Shown piece after piece: positions 40,137 through 50,197 of a stretch of DNA of 64,000 nucleotides. The translations under genes and the position numbers were made by a program. How positions within the stretch are numbered: position 1 is the stretch's first letter; every line of letters starts with the position of its first letter. The notes beneath the pieces are model-generated. The model saw only the letters and a list, made by a program, of their open reading frames with translations, ran no database searches and was not told where the DNA came from. The DNA lies in contig CAVJHG010000006.1 in NCBI GenBank assembly GCA_963649335.1, positions 8,062-72,061 on the forward strand. Direction: 5' to 3'. This DNA comes from a bacterium. Lineage in GTDB: Bacteria; Bacillota; Clostridia; Lachnospirales; Lachnospiraceae.

Positions 40137-41459
40137 CTAGATTACAAGCCCAGCCGCTCTTAATACTCCATCATTGTTTACCATTTCAATAGGCAATGGC
40201 AAGTATTTTTCAAACATTGTCTTTACTTCCACATCCTTCCATTTTTCCATTAAAGGACATGTAACTTGGCCATTTTCCTGATTAACAAAGCCCGGCAAGC
40301 CTATGCCAAGACCAATACACTCATCCATGGCTATTCCCGTCTCCTCCATCAAGGACAAAACCTTTAAGCTTATGTCCTCAACCAGTGCCATTGGCTCACG
40401 ACTTGACAAGGTCTTTATAACTGCAGATGCAAGAAAGTTGCCTGCTGCATCCACCAGCCCCACATGTGTTTCCTGTGGAGTAATATCCACCCCTATTCGC
40501 ACAGGAGATGCCTTCTCATGAATGGTAGTAACCAGGGCATCGCAAGAGCCCTCCACAGTATAGGAGCCGCTGCCAGCTGGTATAAAGAAGCTATCTCCCT
40601 TTTTATAGGACATTGACTCATTTTCTACAGTAATGCTGCCTTGACCATCCAAAAACAGTATGCTGACAAAGGAAGCCCCTGTTACCTGGCCTTCCATTTT
40701 GTTCATAATGTGGCCGTCCAGATTCAGCTTGTCTACTGTAAAATAATCACAGTCAGCCACGTGAGGATAGGAATTTTTAGCCTTTACTATAGGCACCCTG
40801 TTTGTAACAGCCAAGGCTTTTTCTATGTGCAGGTCTCTCTTTTTTCCGTCTTTTCCAACCCGACCATAATCATATACACGATAGGTCACATTGGAATTTT
40901 GCTGTATCTCAGCTATTAGAATATCCGCTCCAATGGCATGTATTGTGCCGGATTCAATAAAAAGCACATCACCCTTTTGCACAGGGACCGCATTAAGTAC
41001 CTCAAGCAGGGTGTCTTCCTTAATGCGTTTTTCAAATTCTTCCCGGCTTATCTCCTTCTTAAAGCCATAGTAAAGAAAGGCCTCAGGCCCTGCATCCATT
41101 ACATACCACATTTCTGTCTTGCCATACTGACCCTCGTTTTGCAGGGCGTAGGCATTGCCAGGATGGACCTGTATTGAGAGGTTTTGTCTGGCATCAATAA
41201 ACTTTATAAGGATAGGAAAATCCTTAAAACGGCGACCATTAATGCCTAAGACCTGGCGACCTGACTTGTCTATATAGTCCTGCAGGCTTTGACCTGCAAA
41301 GGGGCCATTTTCTATTATGGATGGACCATCTGGATGGCAAGACAATTCCCAGGCCTCTGCCAAAATGTCTCCATCATATTCAACTCCATATTCCTCTGCT
41401 ATTCTTCTGCCACCCCACAGGTAGTCCTTGCAGGCCGGCTTTAATTTTAAAATACCCAT
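40137..41459 (-). CDS. manA: Mannose-6-phosphate isomerase class I fused to a partial ROK domain
   Basis: YLWGG, LSIQVHP, GKTEMW, GTIHAIG, EIQQNS; C-terminal IGVDI...GLGIGLPG...NND is the N-terminal half of a ROK domain. Confidence 0.85.
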   Translation of the reverse strand: MGILKLKPACKDYLWGGRRIAEEYGVEYDGDILAEAWELSCHPDGPSIIENGPFAGQSLQDYIDKSGRQVLGINGRRFKDFPILIKFIDARQNLSIQVHPGNAYALQNEGQYGKTEMWYVMDAGPEAFLYYGFKKEISREEFEKRIKEDTLLEVLNAVPVQKGDVLFIESGTIHAIGADILIAEIQQNSNVTYRVYDYGRVGKDGKKRDLHIEKALAVTNRVPIVKAKNSYPHVADCDYFTVDKLNLDGHIMNKMEGQVTGASFVSILFLDGQGSITVENESMSYKKGDSFFIPAGSGSYTVEGSCDALVTTIHEKASPVRIGVDITPQETHVGLVDAAGNFLASAVIKTLSSREPMALVEDISLKVLSLMEETGIAMDECIGLGIGLPGFVNQENGQVTCPLMEKWKDVEVKTMFEKYLPLPIEMVNNDGVLRAAGLVI

Positions 41460-41460
41460 A

Positions 41461-42084
41461 TCAATCTCTAATATAATCTATAAATAATTGTATATTGTCA
41501 TAATTTTTTCCATTAGAAGGAAAAGCCAAAAGTAAATTTTCCCCTTTATCAGGAAAATAAGAGCCAAATTCCGTATCTGAAAGCTCTATTGCCTGGGCCT
41601 TCCCTGCTTTAAAAAGAGATAAATTTCCAGTATCAAACTCCGCTAAATCATAAAAGCTGCCAGACATATCGATACAGTAGTCAAAAAAATCCTTTGTCAT
41701 AACTACAGCATCTAATTGTCCATTTGACCATGCAAAAAAGAACTTTTCATAAAGGCCCTCATCTGCTGATTCAAGCTCTACATCCCTATAAGAAAAAATA
41801 TAGGCAGAATCAAAATTGACAAGATTTTTTTCTAATCCTGAAGCCTTAGCAAAGGATTCTTCAAAGCTCTCATCCAGGTCTGCATCCATCTTTTGATTGA
41901 CTATAGCGCAATTAAATACTGCCTCCTTTGAAGGAAAGGCAAAATGAACTATCAAAAAAATTATAAGGCCAAGGAAGGCAGTAATAAGCAGCATATGATA
42001 CCAATAGTAAGTAAAAATATACTCTAGCTTTTCCTTGCTATTCATAGCTGCTGTTTTTTCTTTTATGTCACTGATAAAAGACAT
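41461..42084 (-). CDS. Membrane-anchored hypothetical protein (solute-binding-like fragment)
   Basis: KEKLEYIFTYYWYH + single TM, then a 'GQLDAVV' domain; co-transcribed with the mannan genes. Confidence 0.6.
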   Translation of the reverse strand: MSFISDIKEKTAAMNSKEKLEYIFTYYWYHMLLITAFLGLIIFLIVHFAFPSKEAVFNCAIVNQKMDADLDESFEESFAKASGLEKNLVNFDSAYIFSYRDVELESADEGLYEKFFFAWSNGQLDAVVMTKDFFDYCIDMSGSFYDLAEFDTGNLSLFKAGKAQAIELSDTEFGSYFPDKGENLLLAFPSNGKNYDNIQLFIDYIRD

Positions 42085-42109
42085 GAGTCCCCTCCCTTCG
42101 CCTTATATA

Positions 42110-43279
42110 TTATTTTCCAAGCAGCTTTAAGTTTTTATCTATCAACTGACACCTTTGCTTTACGCAGTCAGGGGATCTGAGGGGATCCTTTGGTGTATTG
42201 AAAAGATAGTCCTCCAGCTTGTCTACAGTACTTGTGGCCACATGCATTCTGGTATCTGAAGAGGCGTAATATATATACACATCCCCATTATCTCTTGCTA
42301 TAGCTCCATTGGTAAATACTACATTGGACACATCTCCTAAGCGCTCTGATCCCAGCGGTACTAAAAAGACTCCCGATGGCTCCGCAATTACCTGGGATGG
42401 ATCTGCAAGACTGGTTCCAAATACATACAATACATAGCGAAGTCCCGCTGCAGTGTTTCTCACTCCATGGGCTATGTTAATCCAGCATTTCTTGCCCTTT
42501 ATAGGAGTGGCGCCGGCTCCATTTTTTGCCTCAGTTATTGTGTGATATACCCTGTGGCTGATTATTTTTTCCTGATCAATTACCGCATGCTCAATATCTT
42601 CACAAAGACCAAAGCCAATGCCTCCACCAGAGCCTGTCTCAATAAATCCATCCATAGGCCTTGTATAAAAAGCATACTTGCCATCAACAAACTCAGGATG
42701 CAATACTACATTTCTCTGCTGTGGAGATTGGAGAGTTTTTAGGTTATCTAATCTCTCCCAGTTTTTCAAATCCTTGGTTCTTACTATGCCTGCCTCTGCC
42801 ACTGCCGCAGACAAATCAGGGTCTGCCTTGTCCTTGCTCTCAGAGCAAAAGACTCCATAAATATAGCCGTCCTCATGCTTTGTCAAACGCATGTCGTATA
42901 CATTGGTCTCCTCAGGGCAGGTATCTGGCAGTACCACGGGATAATCCCAAAACTTAAAGCCCTCTATACCTGTATCGGACTCTGCCACAGCAAAAAAAGA
43001 CTTACGATCAGCTCCCTCTACTCTGGCCACCAAATAATACTTGCCATTAAGCTCTATGGCTCCAGAGTTCATAACTGCATTAACCCCTAGTCTTTCCATA
43101 AAATACGGATTGCTATCAGCATCTATGTCATATTTCCATATTACAGGCACATGATCTCTTGTAAGTACAGGGTCCTCATACCTGTCAAAAATACCATTGT
43201 AAAATGATGATTTTTTATTTTTCTTCTGCTGCAGGGCCTCAAGACGGGCCTGAGCTTCATAATATAATGGATGAATCAC
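42110..43279 (-). CDS. mgp: GH130 4-O-beta-D-mannosyl-D-glucose phosphorylase
   Basis: [44 protein letters not shown]. Confidence 0.9.
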   Translation of the reverse strand: MIHPLYYEAQARLEALQQKKNKKSSFYNGIFDRYEDPVLTRDHVPVIWKYDIDADSNPYFMERLGVNAVMNSGAIELNGKYYLVARVEGADRKSFFAVAESDTGIEGFKFWDYPVVLPDTCPEETNVYDMRLTKHEDGYIYGVFCSESKDKADPDLSAAVAEAGIVRTKDLKNWERLDNLKTLQSPQQRNVVLHPEFVDGKYAFYTRPMDGFIETGSGGGIGFGLCEDIEHAVIDQEKIISHRVYHTITEAKNGAGATPIKGKKCWINIAHGVRNTAAGLRYVLYVFGTSLADPSQVIAEPSGVFLVPLGSERLGDVSNVVFTNGAIARDNGDVYIYYASSDTRMHVATSTVDKLEDYLFNTPKDPLRSPDCVKQRCQLIDKNLKLLGK

Positions 43280-44445
43280 TAGTCTATCCTCCTAATAAGC
43301 TCCATACACATTCTTCCATTGTGATATGGGCATTTCCAAGGCTCTACTATAGGCTTTTTGCTGACAGGACATCCCGTCTCATCCACATCCCATAGCCACT
43401 CAGAACCTGGTCTCTTATCAATAATGTATTGCTTTATATATGTCCAAATATTTTCAACCACCAGCTTGTATTTTATGTTGCCGGTCTTTTCGTAACAATT
43501 ATAAAAGCCTACCATAGCTTCTGCCTGCACCCACCAAACCCTCGTGGTGTCCACCTGACCATTAAAGCATTCATTGTTTAAGGAATGATTAATATAAGCC
43601 TGGCTATAAACCTCTTCTGCCAGCTTTTGTGTAAAGGCCCCGGTCTCAAGAATAAGACTCTGGTCGCCTATAACCATAGCTGCCCGGTCTATAAGCCAAC
43701 TGGCTTCTATATCATGTCCATAGGAATACAAATCAGATATACTTCTTAGCTTTTTATCAAAAAACACCTCTAAATGACGACTCTCTTCGCTATATATATC
43801 TTTTTTAAAGCTAGCTATAATTCTGCGTAAGGCCTTTTCTACCTTAGGATTTGGACTTGCCAGATAAAGCTCCGTATAGGCCTCCAATACGTGCAGCAAG
43901 GTATTCATGGTCTTATCTGCCATAAGGCCATTTTCCGAAAGCTTTTCATTAGACTCCGGACGCCAGTATCTGTCAAAGGCTTCCAAATAGCCGTAATTGT
44001 CACGACATTTTGTCTCTATAATGTCGAAAAGCTTCATAGCCTCAGACAGGGCAATTCCATTGCCTGTAGCTCTAAAATAAGAGGACATGGCATATATGGC
44101 AAAGGCCTGATTATAGGTATGCTTTGTGGTATCACAAGCCACACCATCATAGGTTACGGACCAGTATATTCCCCCCTCTTCCTTATCCATGCACCTTTTT
44201 TCCATAAAGCTATAGGCATGGTCGGCCATCTCAAGCAGATTTTCATCCTTAAGGACCATGTAGGCATTTGAGAAAAACCACAGAATCCGACTATTTAGAA
44301 TGCAGCCCTTTTCGTAGCTTTTATCTACATTGAGGTCATAATCCATATAACCATAAAAGCCGCCCCACTGGCTATCCTTCATTTTTTCCCAAAAGGGAGC
44401 TATCCTTTCAGTCAGCTCCCCCATCAATTCACTTTTTAAATTCAT
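43279..44445 (-). CDS. Cellobiose/mannobiose 2-epimerase (AGE family)
   Basis: [44 protein letters not shown]; start ATG 44445. Confidence 0.92.
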   Translation of the reverse strand: MNLKSELMGELTERIAPFWEKMKDSQWGGFYGYMDYDLNVDKSYEKGCILNSRILWFFSNAYMVLKDENLLEMADHAYSFMEKRCMDKEEGGIYWSVTYDGVACDTTKHTYNQAFAIYAMSSYFRATGNGIALSEAMKLFDIIETKCRDNYGYLEAFDRYWRPESNEKLSENGLMADKTMNTLLHVLEAYTELYLASPNPKVEKALRRIIASFKKDIYSEESRHLEVFFDKKLRSISDLYSYGHDIEASWLIDRAAMVIGDQSLILETGAFTQKLAEEVYSQAYINHSLNNECFNGQVDTTRVWWVQAEAMVGFYNCYEKTGNIKYKLVVENIWTYIKQYIIDKRPGSEWLWDVDETGCPVSKKPIVEPWKCPYHNGRMCMELIRRID

Positions 44446-44446
44446 T

Positions 44447-45469
44447 TTATCGCCTGCCAATTTCGGTGTCACTCTCTCTTACCACACTGTGAGCCTTTAT
44501 ATAGTCCACCAGCTGGTCAGCATAGCAAAATGCCATTCCTATATAGCTGTCTGCCGCTCCATAGTAAATTGCCATCTTATTTGTTTTGCTATCGTGAATA
44601 GTAGCGCAAGGGAAAGCAACATTTGGAACAAAGCCCCTCTCCTCATACCACTCCTCTGGAGTCAAAAGGAAATTTTCACAACGATATTTAACGATAGAAG
44701 GATTGTCTATATCAAGAATAGCTCCGCCTATACTGTATACATAGCCGTTACATGTGCCACTGACACCGTGATAGATAAGCAGCCATCCCTCACTGGTCTC
44801 AATAGGGGCTGCGCCACCACCAATTTTAAGGGATTCCCACCACTCTGGACTTTTTCCCATAACATGTCTGTGCTTGCCCCAATAGGTCATATCAGGACTT
44901 TCTGATACAAATATATCGCCAAAAGGAGTATGTCCACTGTCGCTTGGACGAGACAGCATCATAAAATTACCATTTACCTTTCTTGGGAAAAGCACTGCAT
45001 TTCTGTTAAATGGTAAAAATGGATTCTCCAGACGGGTAAAGGTCTTAAAATCATTAGTCATTGCAATACCAATGGCAGCACCATAAAAATCCTGACACCA
45101 CATGAGATAATAGGTATCCTCCACCTTTACAAGTCGTGGATCGTATGCATATGGAGGCATAAATGGCTGCCCCTCTTCATCCACAAACTCTATCTTTTCG
45201 CTGTCAAAATCCCAATGAATACCATCCTTACTTCTTCCCATATAAATAAAAGGAATACCATTAGTCTGCTCTCCTCTGAAAACACCTATAAAGGCCCCTT
45301 CATAAGGAACAACAGCACTATTAAATATACGTGCAACTCCCTTAATAGGATTTCTTTTTACTATAGGATTTTCACTGTACCGCCAGATTGGAGCCCCGGT
45401 AATTTCTGTAACAGGCTCCTGCCAAGGCACATTGTCCACTGGGTTGCTTATTATCTTAAATTCACTCAT
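44447..45469 (-). CDS. GH130 beta-1,4-mannooligosaccharide phosphorylase
   Basis: RIFNSAVVP, YAYDPRL, PFNRNAVLFP, RPSDSGHTPFGD, YYGAAD. Confidence 0.9.
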   Translation of the reverse strand: MSEFKIISNPVDNVPWQEPVTEITGAPIWRYSENPIVKRNPIKGVARIFNSAVVPYEGAFIGVFRGEQTNGIPFIYMGRSKDGIHWDFDSEKIEFVDEEGQPFMPPYAYDPRLVKVEDTYYLMWCQDFYGAAIGIAMTNDFKTFTRLENPFLPFNRNAVLFPRKVNGNFMMLSRPSDSGHTPFGDIFVSESPDMTYWGKHRHVMGKSPEWWESLKIGGGAAPIETSEGWLLIYHGVSGTCNGYVYSIGGAILDIDNPSIVKYRCENFLLTPEEWYEERGFVPNVAFPCATIHDSKTNKMAIYYGAADSYIGMAFCYADQLVDYIKAHSVVRESDTEIGRR

Positions 45470-45496
45470 TTTTTTATTCTCCTTGTAGGTTGTTTT

Positions 45497-46342
45497 TTAG
45501 CCCTTTACCGCTCCAGCAGCCATACCTGAGTAAACCTGCTTCTGGAAGATAAGAAATAGTGCCAATATAGGGATAATTGTTATAAGTACACCTGCACAGA
45601 TATAGTTGTATTGATTGCCATAAGGGCCTGTGAAGGTATAAAGTGCTGTAGATATAGTCTTTAACTCAGGCTGAGTCAAATAGAGGCTTGATGCATAGTA
45701 CTCGTTGTAGACGCTTACTCCCTTAAGCACTAAGGATGTCATAATTGCTGGCTTAAGCAGCGGGAAAAGTATCCTGAAAAACACTCCAAAATAAGAACAG
45801 CCATCCATAATAGCCGACTCATCCAAGGAAGTAGGCAGATTCTCAAAGAACTGCAAAAAGATATAAATTGAAATAATATCTGTACCCATAAGTACCACTA
45901 CATAGCCATATATATGGTTGATAAAGCCCAAATAGTACATAATTTTATAGATTGTTACCTGCATTGCAATTCCTGGTAGCAATGATGCAAAAAGGAAAAG
46001 ATTTTCTATAATGCCTCTGCCAGGAAAGGTAAACCTGTTAAGGACATAGGCTATCATGGCTGATATCATGACAGAACAGGTAAGAACTATTACAAGGACA
46101 ATACCTGTGTTTAAAAAGCAGCGAAGCATGTTAGCCTTTTCCATGGCTATCTTAAAATTATCCAGATATGAAAAGGATGCCGGCAGGGTAAGCACAGATG
46201 TAGCTGCATACTCCTCATTTGACTTAAAGGCAGTAAAGACACATACCAACACCGGTACTACAGCAATAATGGCAGCTGCTATCAAAGAGGCATATTTTAT
46301 TATGGTAAAAATAATATTTGTTATTTTCATAGAAAGCTTCAT
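45497..46342 (-). CDS. Carbohydrate ABC transporter permease (MalG-like)
   Basis: Six TMs, EAA-loop LDESAIMDG, terminal AGAVKG. Confidence 0.92.
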   Translation of the reverse strand: MKLSMKITNIIFTIIKYASLIAAAIIAVVPVLVCVFTAFKSNEEYAATSVLTLPASFSYLDNFKIAMEKANMLRCFLNTGIVLVIVLTCSVMISAMIAYVLNRFTFPGRGIIENLFLFASLLPGIAMQVTIYKIMYYLGFINHIYGYVVVLMGTDIISIYIFLQFFENLPTSLDESAIMDGCSYFGVFFRILFPLLKPAIMTSLVLKGVSVYNEYYASSLYLTQPELKTISTALYTFTGPYGNQYNYICAGVLITIIPILALFLIFQKQVYSGMAAGAVKG

Positions 46343-47358
46343 TACAAAGAGCCTCCTTTCTTAGCCAGCTTTTGCTGTTTTTTCTGAGCCTTTTTCCTTC
46401 GTCGGACAGCAGCTTTTGACTCGTCAGAAGTGCCATCATCAAATACATATTTGAAGAAAAGCTTTTGGGCTACAGTACAGATTATAATTATTACCAAAAG
46501 CACTATGGCCATGGCACAAGCCAGGCCTACCTTTTGATTTTCGTGAGCCAGTCTGTTCATAATAACAAAATAGGTACCTGTACCCATCTGACCATTGGTA
46601 ATAACATATGGTGGTTCAAATGCTGACAGTGAACCACTAATGGAAAGGATCAGGTTTAAGACAATAATTGACTTGATGCTTGGCATAATAATGTATCTGA
46701 ACTGATGCCATTTATTAGCCCCATCCAAGGATGCCGCCTCATATAAATCTGGATCTACAGACATCATAGCTCCCAAAAATAAGATCATATTCTGACCTGT
46801 GTAGCGCCACAAGGAAGTAGCTACCAGGGCAAAGTTGTTAATACTCTTATCCTGCAGCCACATAGGAATATCCTCAAGATCCATTCCAAAGGCCATTAAA
46901 ATGGTGTCAAGGACGTAGCCTCTGGCATAGAAAAACTTAAAAATGAAACCTACTGCTATACCACATATAAGATATGGGAAAAACATGGTAGCCTTAAATA
47001 CCGACTCACCCTTTACCTTAAACACCATCATTGTGGCAAAAAAGAGAGCCAGGGCCATTTGCACTATGGCTCCACCCATGTAATAAAGGCTGACAAAGAG
47101 GGAGCCAAATATATCTGGTCTGGAAAATACCTCTTTATAGTTTTTCAGACCCACAAATACCTTGTCCCCCAAATATTTCATGTCATAAAATGAAAACTCT
47201 ATCATCTTGATAAAGGGAACATATGTAAATACCACAAGCAAAAGAAGTGGTATAAACATAAAGCTTCCTATCAAAAGTCTCTTTTGAATCTTTCTGCTTC
47301 CAATCCACTGTTTAAAGGTCTTTTTTTCAGCCCCTTGGGCTGCGATTGTACTGCTCAT
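46342..47358 (-). CDS. Carbohydrate ABC transporter permease (MalF-like)
   Basis: FVGLKNY, LYEAASLDGA, six TMs. Confidence 0.92.
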   Translation of the reverse strand: MSSTIAAQGAEKKTFKQWIGSRKIQKRLLIGSFMFIPLLLLVVFTYVPFIKMIEFSFYDMKYLGDKVFVGLKNYKEVFSRPDIFGSLFVSLYYMGGAIVQMALALFFATMMVFKVKGESVFKATMFFPYLICGIAVGFIFKFFYARGYVLDTILMAFGMDLEDIPMWLQDKSINNFALVATSLWRYTGQNMILFLGAMMSVDPDLYEAASLDGANKWHQFRYIIMPSIKSIIVLNLILSISGSLSAFEPPYVITNGQMGTGTYFVIMNRLAHENQKVGLACAMAIVLLVIIIICTVAQKLFFKYVFDDGTSDESKAAVRRRKKAQKKQQKLAKKGGSL

Positions 47359-47386
47359 TTTTATCTCCTCGAAAGCTTAATAAACC

Positions 47387-47423
47387 ATAAGGCCCAGTTA
47401 AGATTTTGTTGGCTGAGCCTTAT
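47387..47423 (-). terminator. Stem-loop after solute-binding protein gene
   Basis: ataaggcccagt / gctgagccttat imperfect stem; a common SBP/permease stoichiometry element. Confidence 0.5.
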
Positions 47424-47461
47424 AGTCTCAACTGACTCAAATATCCATAGTCAGGCTGCTA

Positions 47462-48820
47462 TTATTCATAAATCTCAGCACCGCAGGAATCCTGAGCTGC
47501 AGTCCATTTTTCATTCCATTCATCCATCAAATCATCCAAAGACTCACTCTTATAAAGGGCCGCCTCAAGCACTGTGCTGACTGGATAATCACCAGAGAGA
47601 ACCTCGGCTGTATTTCTGACATCGTCATAGAGGTTTTCCTCACCCTCCAATGCAGCATCATCTGAAAGAAGCTCAACCCCATCAAACTCTGAAAGGGAAT
47701 CTGGAAGTGGGCTGTTCTTAAGTGCTGGTATACTTCCCTCATCTTCGAAAATAGTAGACTCCTCAAGAAGCCACTTGATATAAATCATTGAGGCTATCTG
47801 ATTGTCTGCAGATGCATATTTGTTAATGGCGTATGCATAGTTACCACCGGCTGCTGCAGACTGAACTCCCTTAACTGAGATAGGAAATGGCATATAGCCT
47901 ATATCATCCGGGTTGTCTCCAGCATCCTTAAACTGCTGTACACACCAAGAGCCAAGCACCATGGCGCCAATCTGGCCATTATTAATCATTACCTTTGAAG
48001 ACTCCCAGTCGCTAGATGCAGGATCCTCTTCCACAAGATCATCAGCCACAGCATTGTAAAGAGTGTAGAATACTGCGTAAGGTCCAGAATTTTCCTCATT
48101 CTTAGAAAATGGATTTCTGGTGTGAAGCAAGGTAGTATTCTTGTAGGCTGTGTCTCCATTTGATGCAATACCTACATAATCATTCCAGGCTCCCATAGTC
48201 CAACCTGCAGCAAAATTAGTGTAAAGTGGAATAGCATCTGTTTTTTCCTTAATAAGCTTTAAATCTGCAAGAAACTCATCTGGAGTCTTTGGCAACTCAG
48301 TAATACCTGCAGCAGCCCATACCTTTTTATTGTAGGCAACACCACCTGCTGTACCACCATTTGGAATACCATAGACAACATTTCCATAGGTCTTTTCAGT
48401 TACGAAGTTATAGGTATCATTGAGAACTGAATAATCTCCCAGTGCTGTGAAATAGGTAGAAAACTCACTCTTATCTACAGATGTAGGAATAAGACAAATA
48501 TCACCCCAGTCTCCATTTGTAAGACGAAGTGTCATAGACTCGGCATAGTCTGTTATACCTTCGTAGGTTACTGTTATATTTGGGTAAAGCTTGTTAAACT
48601 CCTCAGCATATCCCTTGTAAACCGTGTCAACAATATCAGTTCTGTTGGTGAGAAAAGTAATATCAGCTGTAATATCCTGATAATCCTCTCCTAGGTTAAT
48701 CTCATCAATAGATGGCAGCTCTGCTGCGTCAACAGCTTCTGTCTCTCCCCCGTTCTTGCAAGCCACCATAGACATTGCCATAATAGCGGCAAGCGCAAGA
48801 CTAACAACTTTTTTCTTCAT
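47462..48820 (-). CDS. ABC transporter solute-binding lipoprotein (manno-oligosaccharide)
   Basis: Lipobox MVAC, FNKLYPNITV, YNKKVW, SBP_bac_1-like; locus context. Confidence 0.9.
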   Translation of the reverse strand: MKKKVVSLALAAIMAMSMVACKNGGETEAVDAAELPSIDEINLGEDYQDITADITFLTNRTDIVDTVYKGYAEEFNKLYPNITVTYEGITDYAESMTLRLTNGDWGDICLIPTSVDKSEFSTYFTALGDYSVLNDTYNFVTEKTYGNVVYGIPNGGTAGGVAYNKKVWAAAGITELPKTPDEFLADLKLIKEKTDAIPLYTNFAAGWTMGAWNDYVGIASNGDTAYKNTTLLHTRNPFSKNEENSGPYAVFYTLYNAVADDLVEEDPASSDWESSKVMINNGQIGAMVLGSWCVQQFKDAGDNPDDIGYMPFPISVKGVQSAAAGGNYAYAINKYASADNQIASMIYIKWLLEESTIFEDEGSIPALKNSPLPDSLSEFDGVELLSDDAALEGEENLYDDVRNTAEVLSGDYPVSTVLEAALYKSESLDDLMDEWNEKWTAAQDSCGAEIYE

Positions 48821-48843
48821 ATCCTTCCTCCTCTTAATTAAGA

Positions 48844-48896
48844 ATTTAAGTTTTTTAACTTAAATATACTATACATTCATTAAGTTAATTTTGCAA
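48844..48896 (-). promoter_or_regulatory. Mannan ABC operon promoter with palindromic operator
   Basis: TTGCAA-17-TATAGT (48896-48868), immediately followed by perfect IR ATTTAAGTT-N4-AACTTAAAT (48844-48865). Confidence 0.65.
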
Positions 48897-48984
48897 TGTT
48901 TTTAAGTTAAAAACTCAATCTTTAGTCAGTTTATATTAATTAAAATTTAAGTTTTTGTTAACTATTAACAAAATTAAATTAGTT

Positions 48985-49019
48985 AAAAAAAATCAGTGCC
49001 CTTAAATTAGCACTGATTT
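48985..49019 (-). terminator. Terminator after LacI gene
   Basis: aaatcagtgc/gcactgattt plus U-tract. Confidence 0.75.
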
Positions 49020-49051
49020 CTTAAATTTTAATATTACTATTTATAATTTGA

Positions 49052-50050
49052 TTATATTACCGTATTCTTAACAACCATATGACCTGCAACAATATCCAGA
49101 CCATGGCCCTTCTTAGGATTTTTAATCTGCTTTAATATCTTGTCGATTGCCACCTTGGTCATTGCCTTGGTATTAACCTCATAGGTAGTTATCTGCCTGT
49201 CTGCAAGACCCGGATAGAGGTAATTATCAAAGCCTACCACCGACACATCCTCAGGAACTCTAAGTCCCCTTTCAGCCAGCTTATCCATCAAAATATAAGC
49301 CGCCAAATCGCAATTACATACAAAGCCCTTAGGCAACTTTTCCGGTAAGTCAAAGCCCATCTGCCCGGCAGGATCTCTATCCTCTATAAGCCAGTCAGGC
49401 TCTATGGTCTTGTTATGAAGCATCATGGATTTCATAAAGCCACAGTAACGGTCCATAATAGATGAAGTAACATAAATAGAGCCTACAAAGCCCAGCTCAT
49501 CTATGCCCCGCTCAAACATATACTCTGTAAGAAGAAACATACCATAAAAATTGTCTGTAACGACTGCATCGGAAGCCAGCTCCTTGTCATAAAAGTCTAA
49601 AAAGACTAGTGGTATGGAAACCTTTTCCTTTAACTTATGTATATAAGGCTTATTAATCTCACCTAATACTATAAGGCCATCGATCCTATGCTCCTCCACG
49701 CAGGAAGGAAGCTTCAGGCTTTCTTCATCCTCATGTTTGACAACCTCTACAGCTGTAAGGCAGCGCCTCTCACTGGCAGTAAGAGCCATTTCCTGGTACA
49801 TTTTCCAATAAAAGGTCTCGTACTTAGCCAAATATTTTTCCGCCACAAGAACACCTATTGTTCTTAAGGTATCATCCATGTCGTCCTGCTTTTTTTCAGA
49901 CATAGTCTGATAGCCCAGCTCCTGAGCCACAGCCTGTATGCGATCTCTCAGATCCTCACTGACACCCTTATTTCCAGCAAGAGCATTATGTACAGTAACT
50001 GTACTCACCCCCACCTTTTCAGCTATATCCTGAAGTCTTACCTTTGCCAT
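49052..50050 (-). CDS. LacI-family transcriptional regulator
   Basis: VRLQDIAEKVGVSTVTVHNAL HTH; VPEDVSVVGFDN. Confidence 0.93.
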   Translation of the reverse strand: MAKVRLQDIAEKVGVSTVTVHNALAGNKGVSEDLRDRIQAVAQELGYQTMSEKKQDDMDDTLRTIGVLVAEKYLAKYETFYWKMYQEMALTASERRCLTAVEVVKHEDEESLKLPSCVEEHRIDGLIVLGEINKPYIHKLKEKVSIPLVFLDFYDKELASDAVVTDNFYGMFLLTEYMFERGIDELGFVGSIYVTSSIMDRYCGFMKSMMLHNKTIEPDWLIEDRDPAGQMGFDLPEKLPKGFVCNCDLAAYILMDKLAERGLRVPEDVSVVGFDNYLYPGLADRQITTYEVNTKAMTKVAIDKILKQIKNPKKGHGLDIVAGHMVVKNTVI

Positions 50051-50140
50051 ATTTGTCCCCTATGTATCAAGATTGCTAGCCCCACCTCCACTAAAGCTCA
50101 AAGAGTGGGGTTTTTTCTAACTTAATTAAAAATTAATTTA

Positions 50141-50169
50141 AGTATAAAATTTTTAATTACCTATGTCAA
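50141..50169 (-). promoter_or_regulatory. Sigma-A promoter of the LacI gene
   Basis: TTGACA-17-TATACT. Confidence 0.7.
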
Positions 50170-50197
50170 CGGAGCCTTTACAAATGTCTTATATGGT

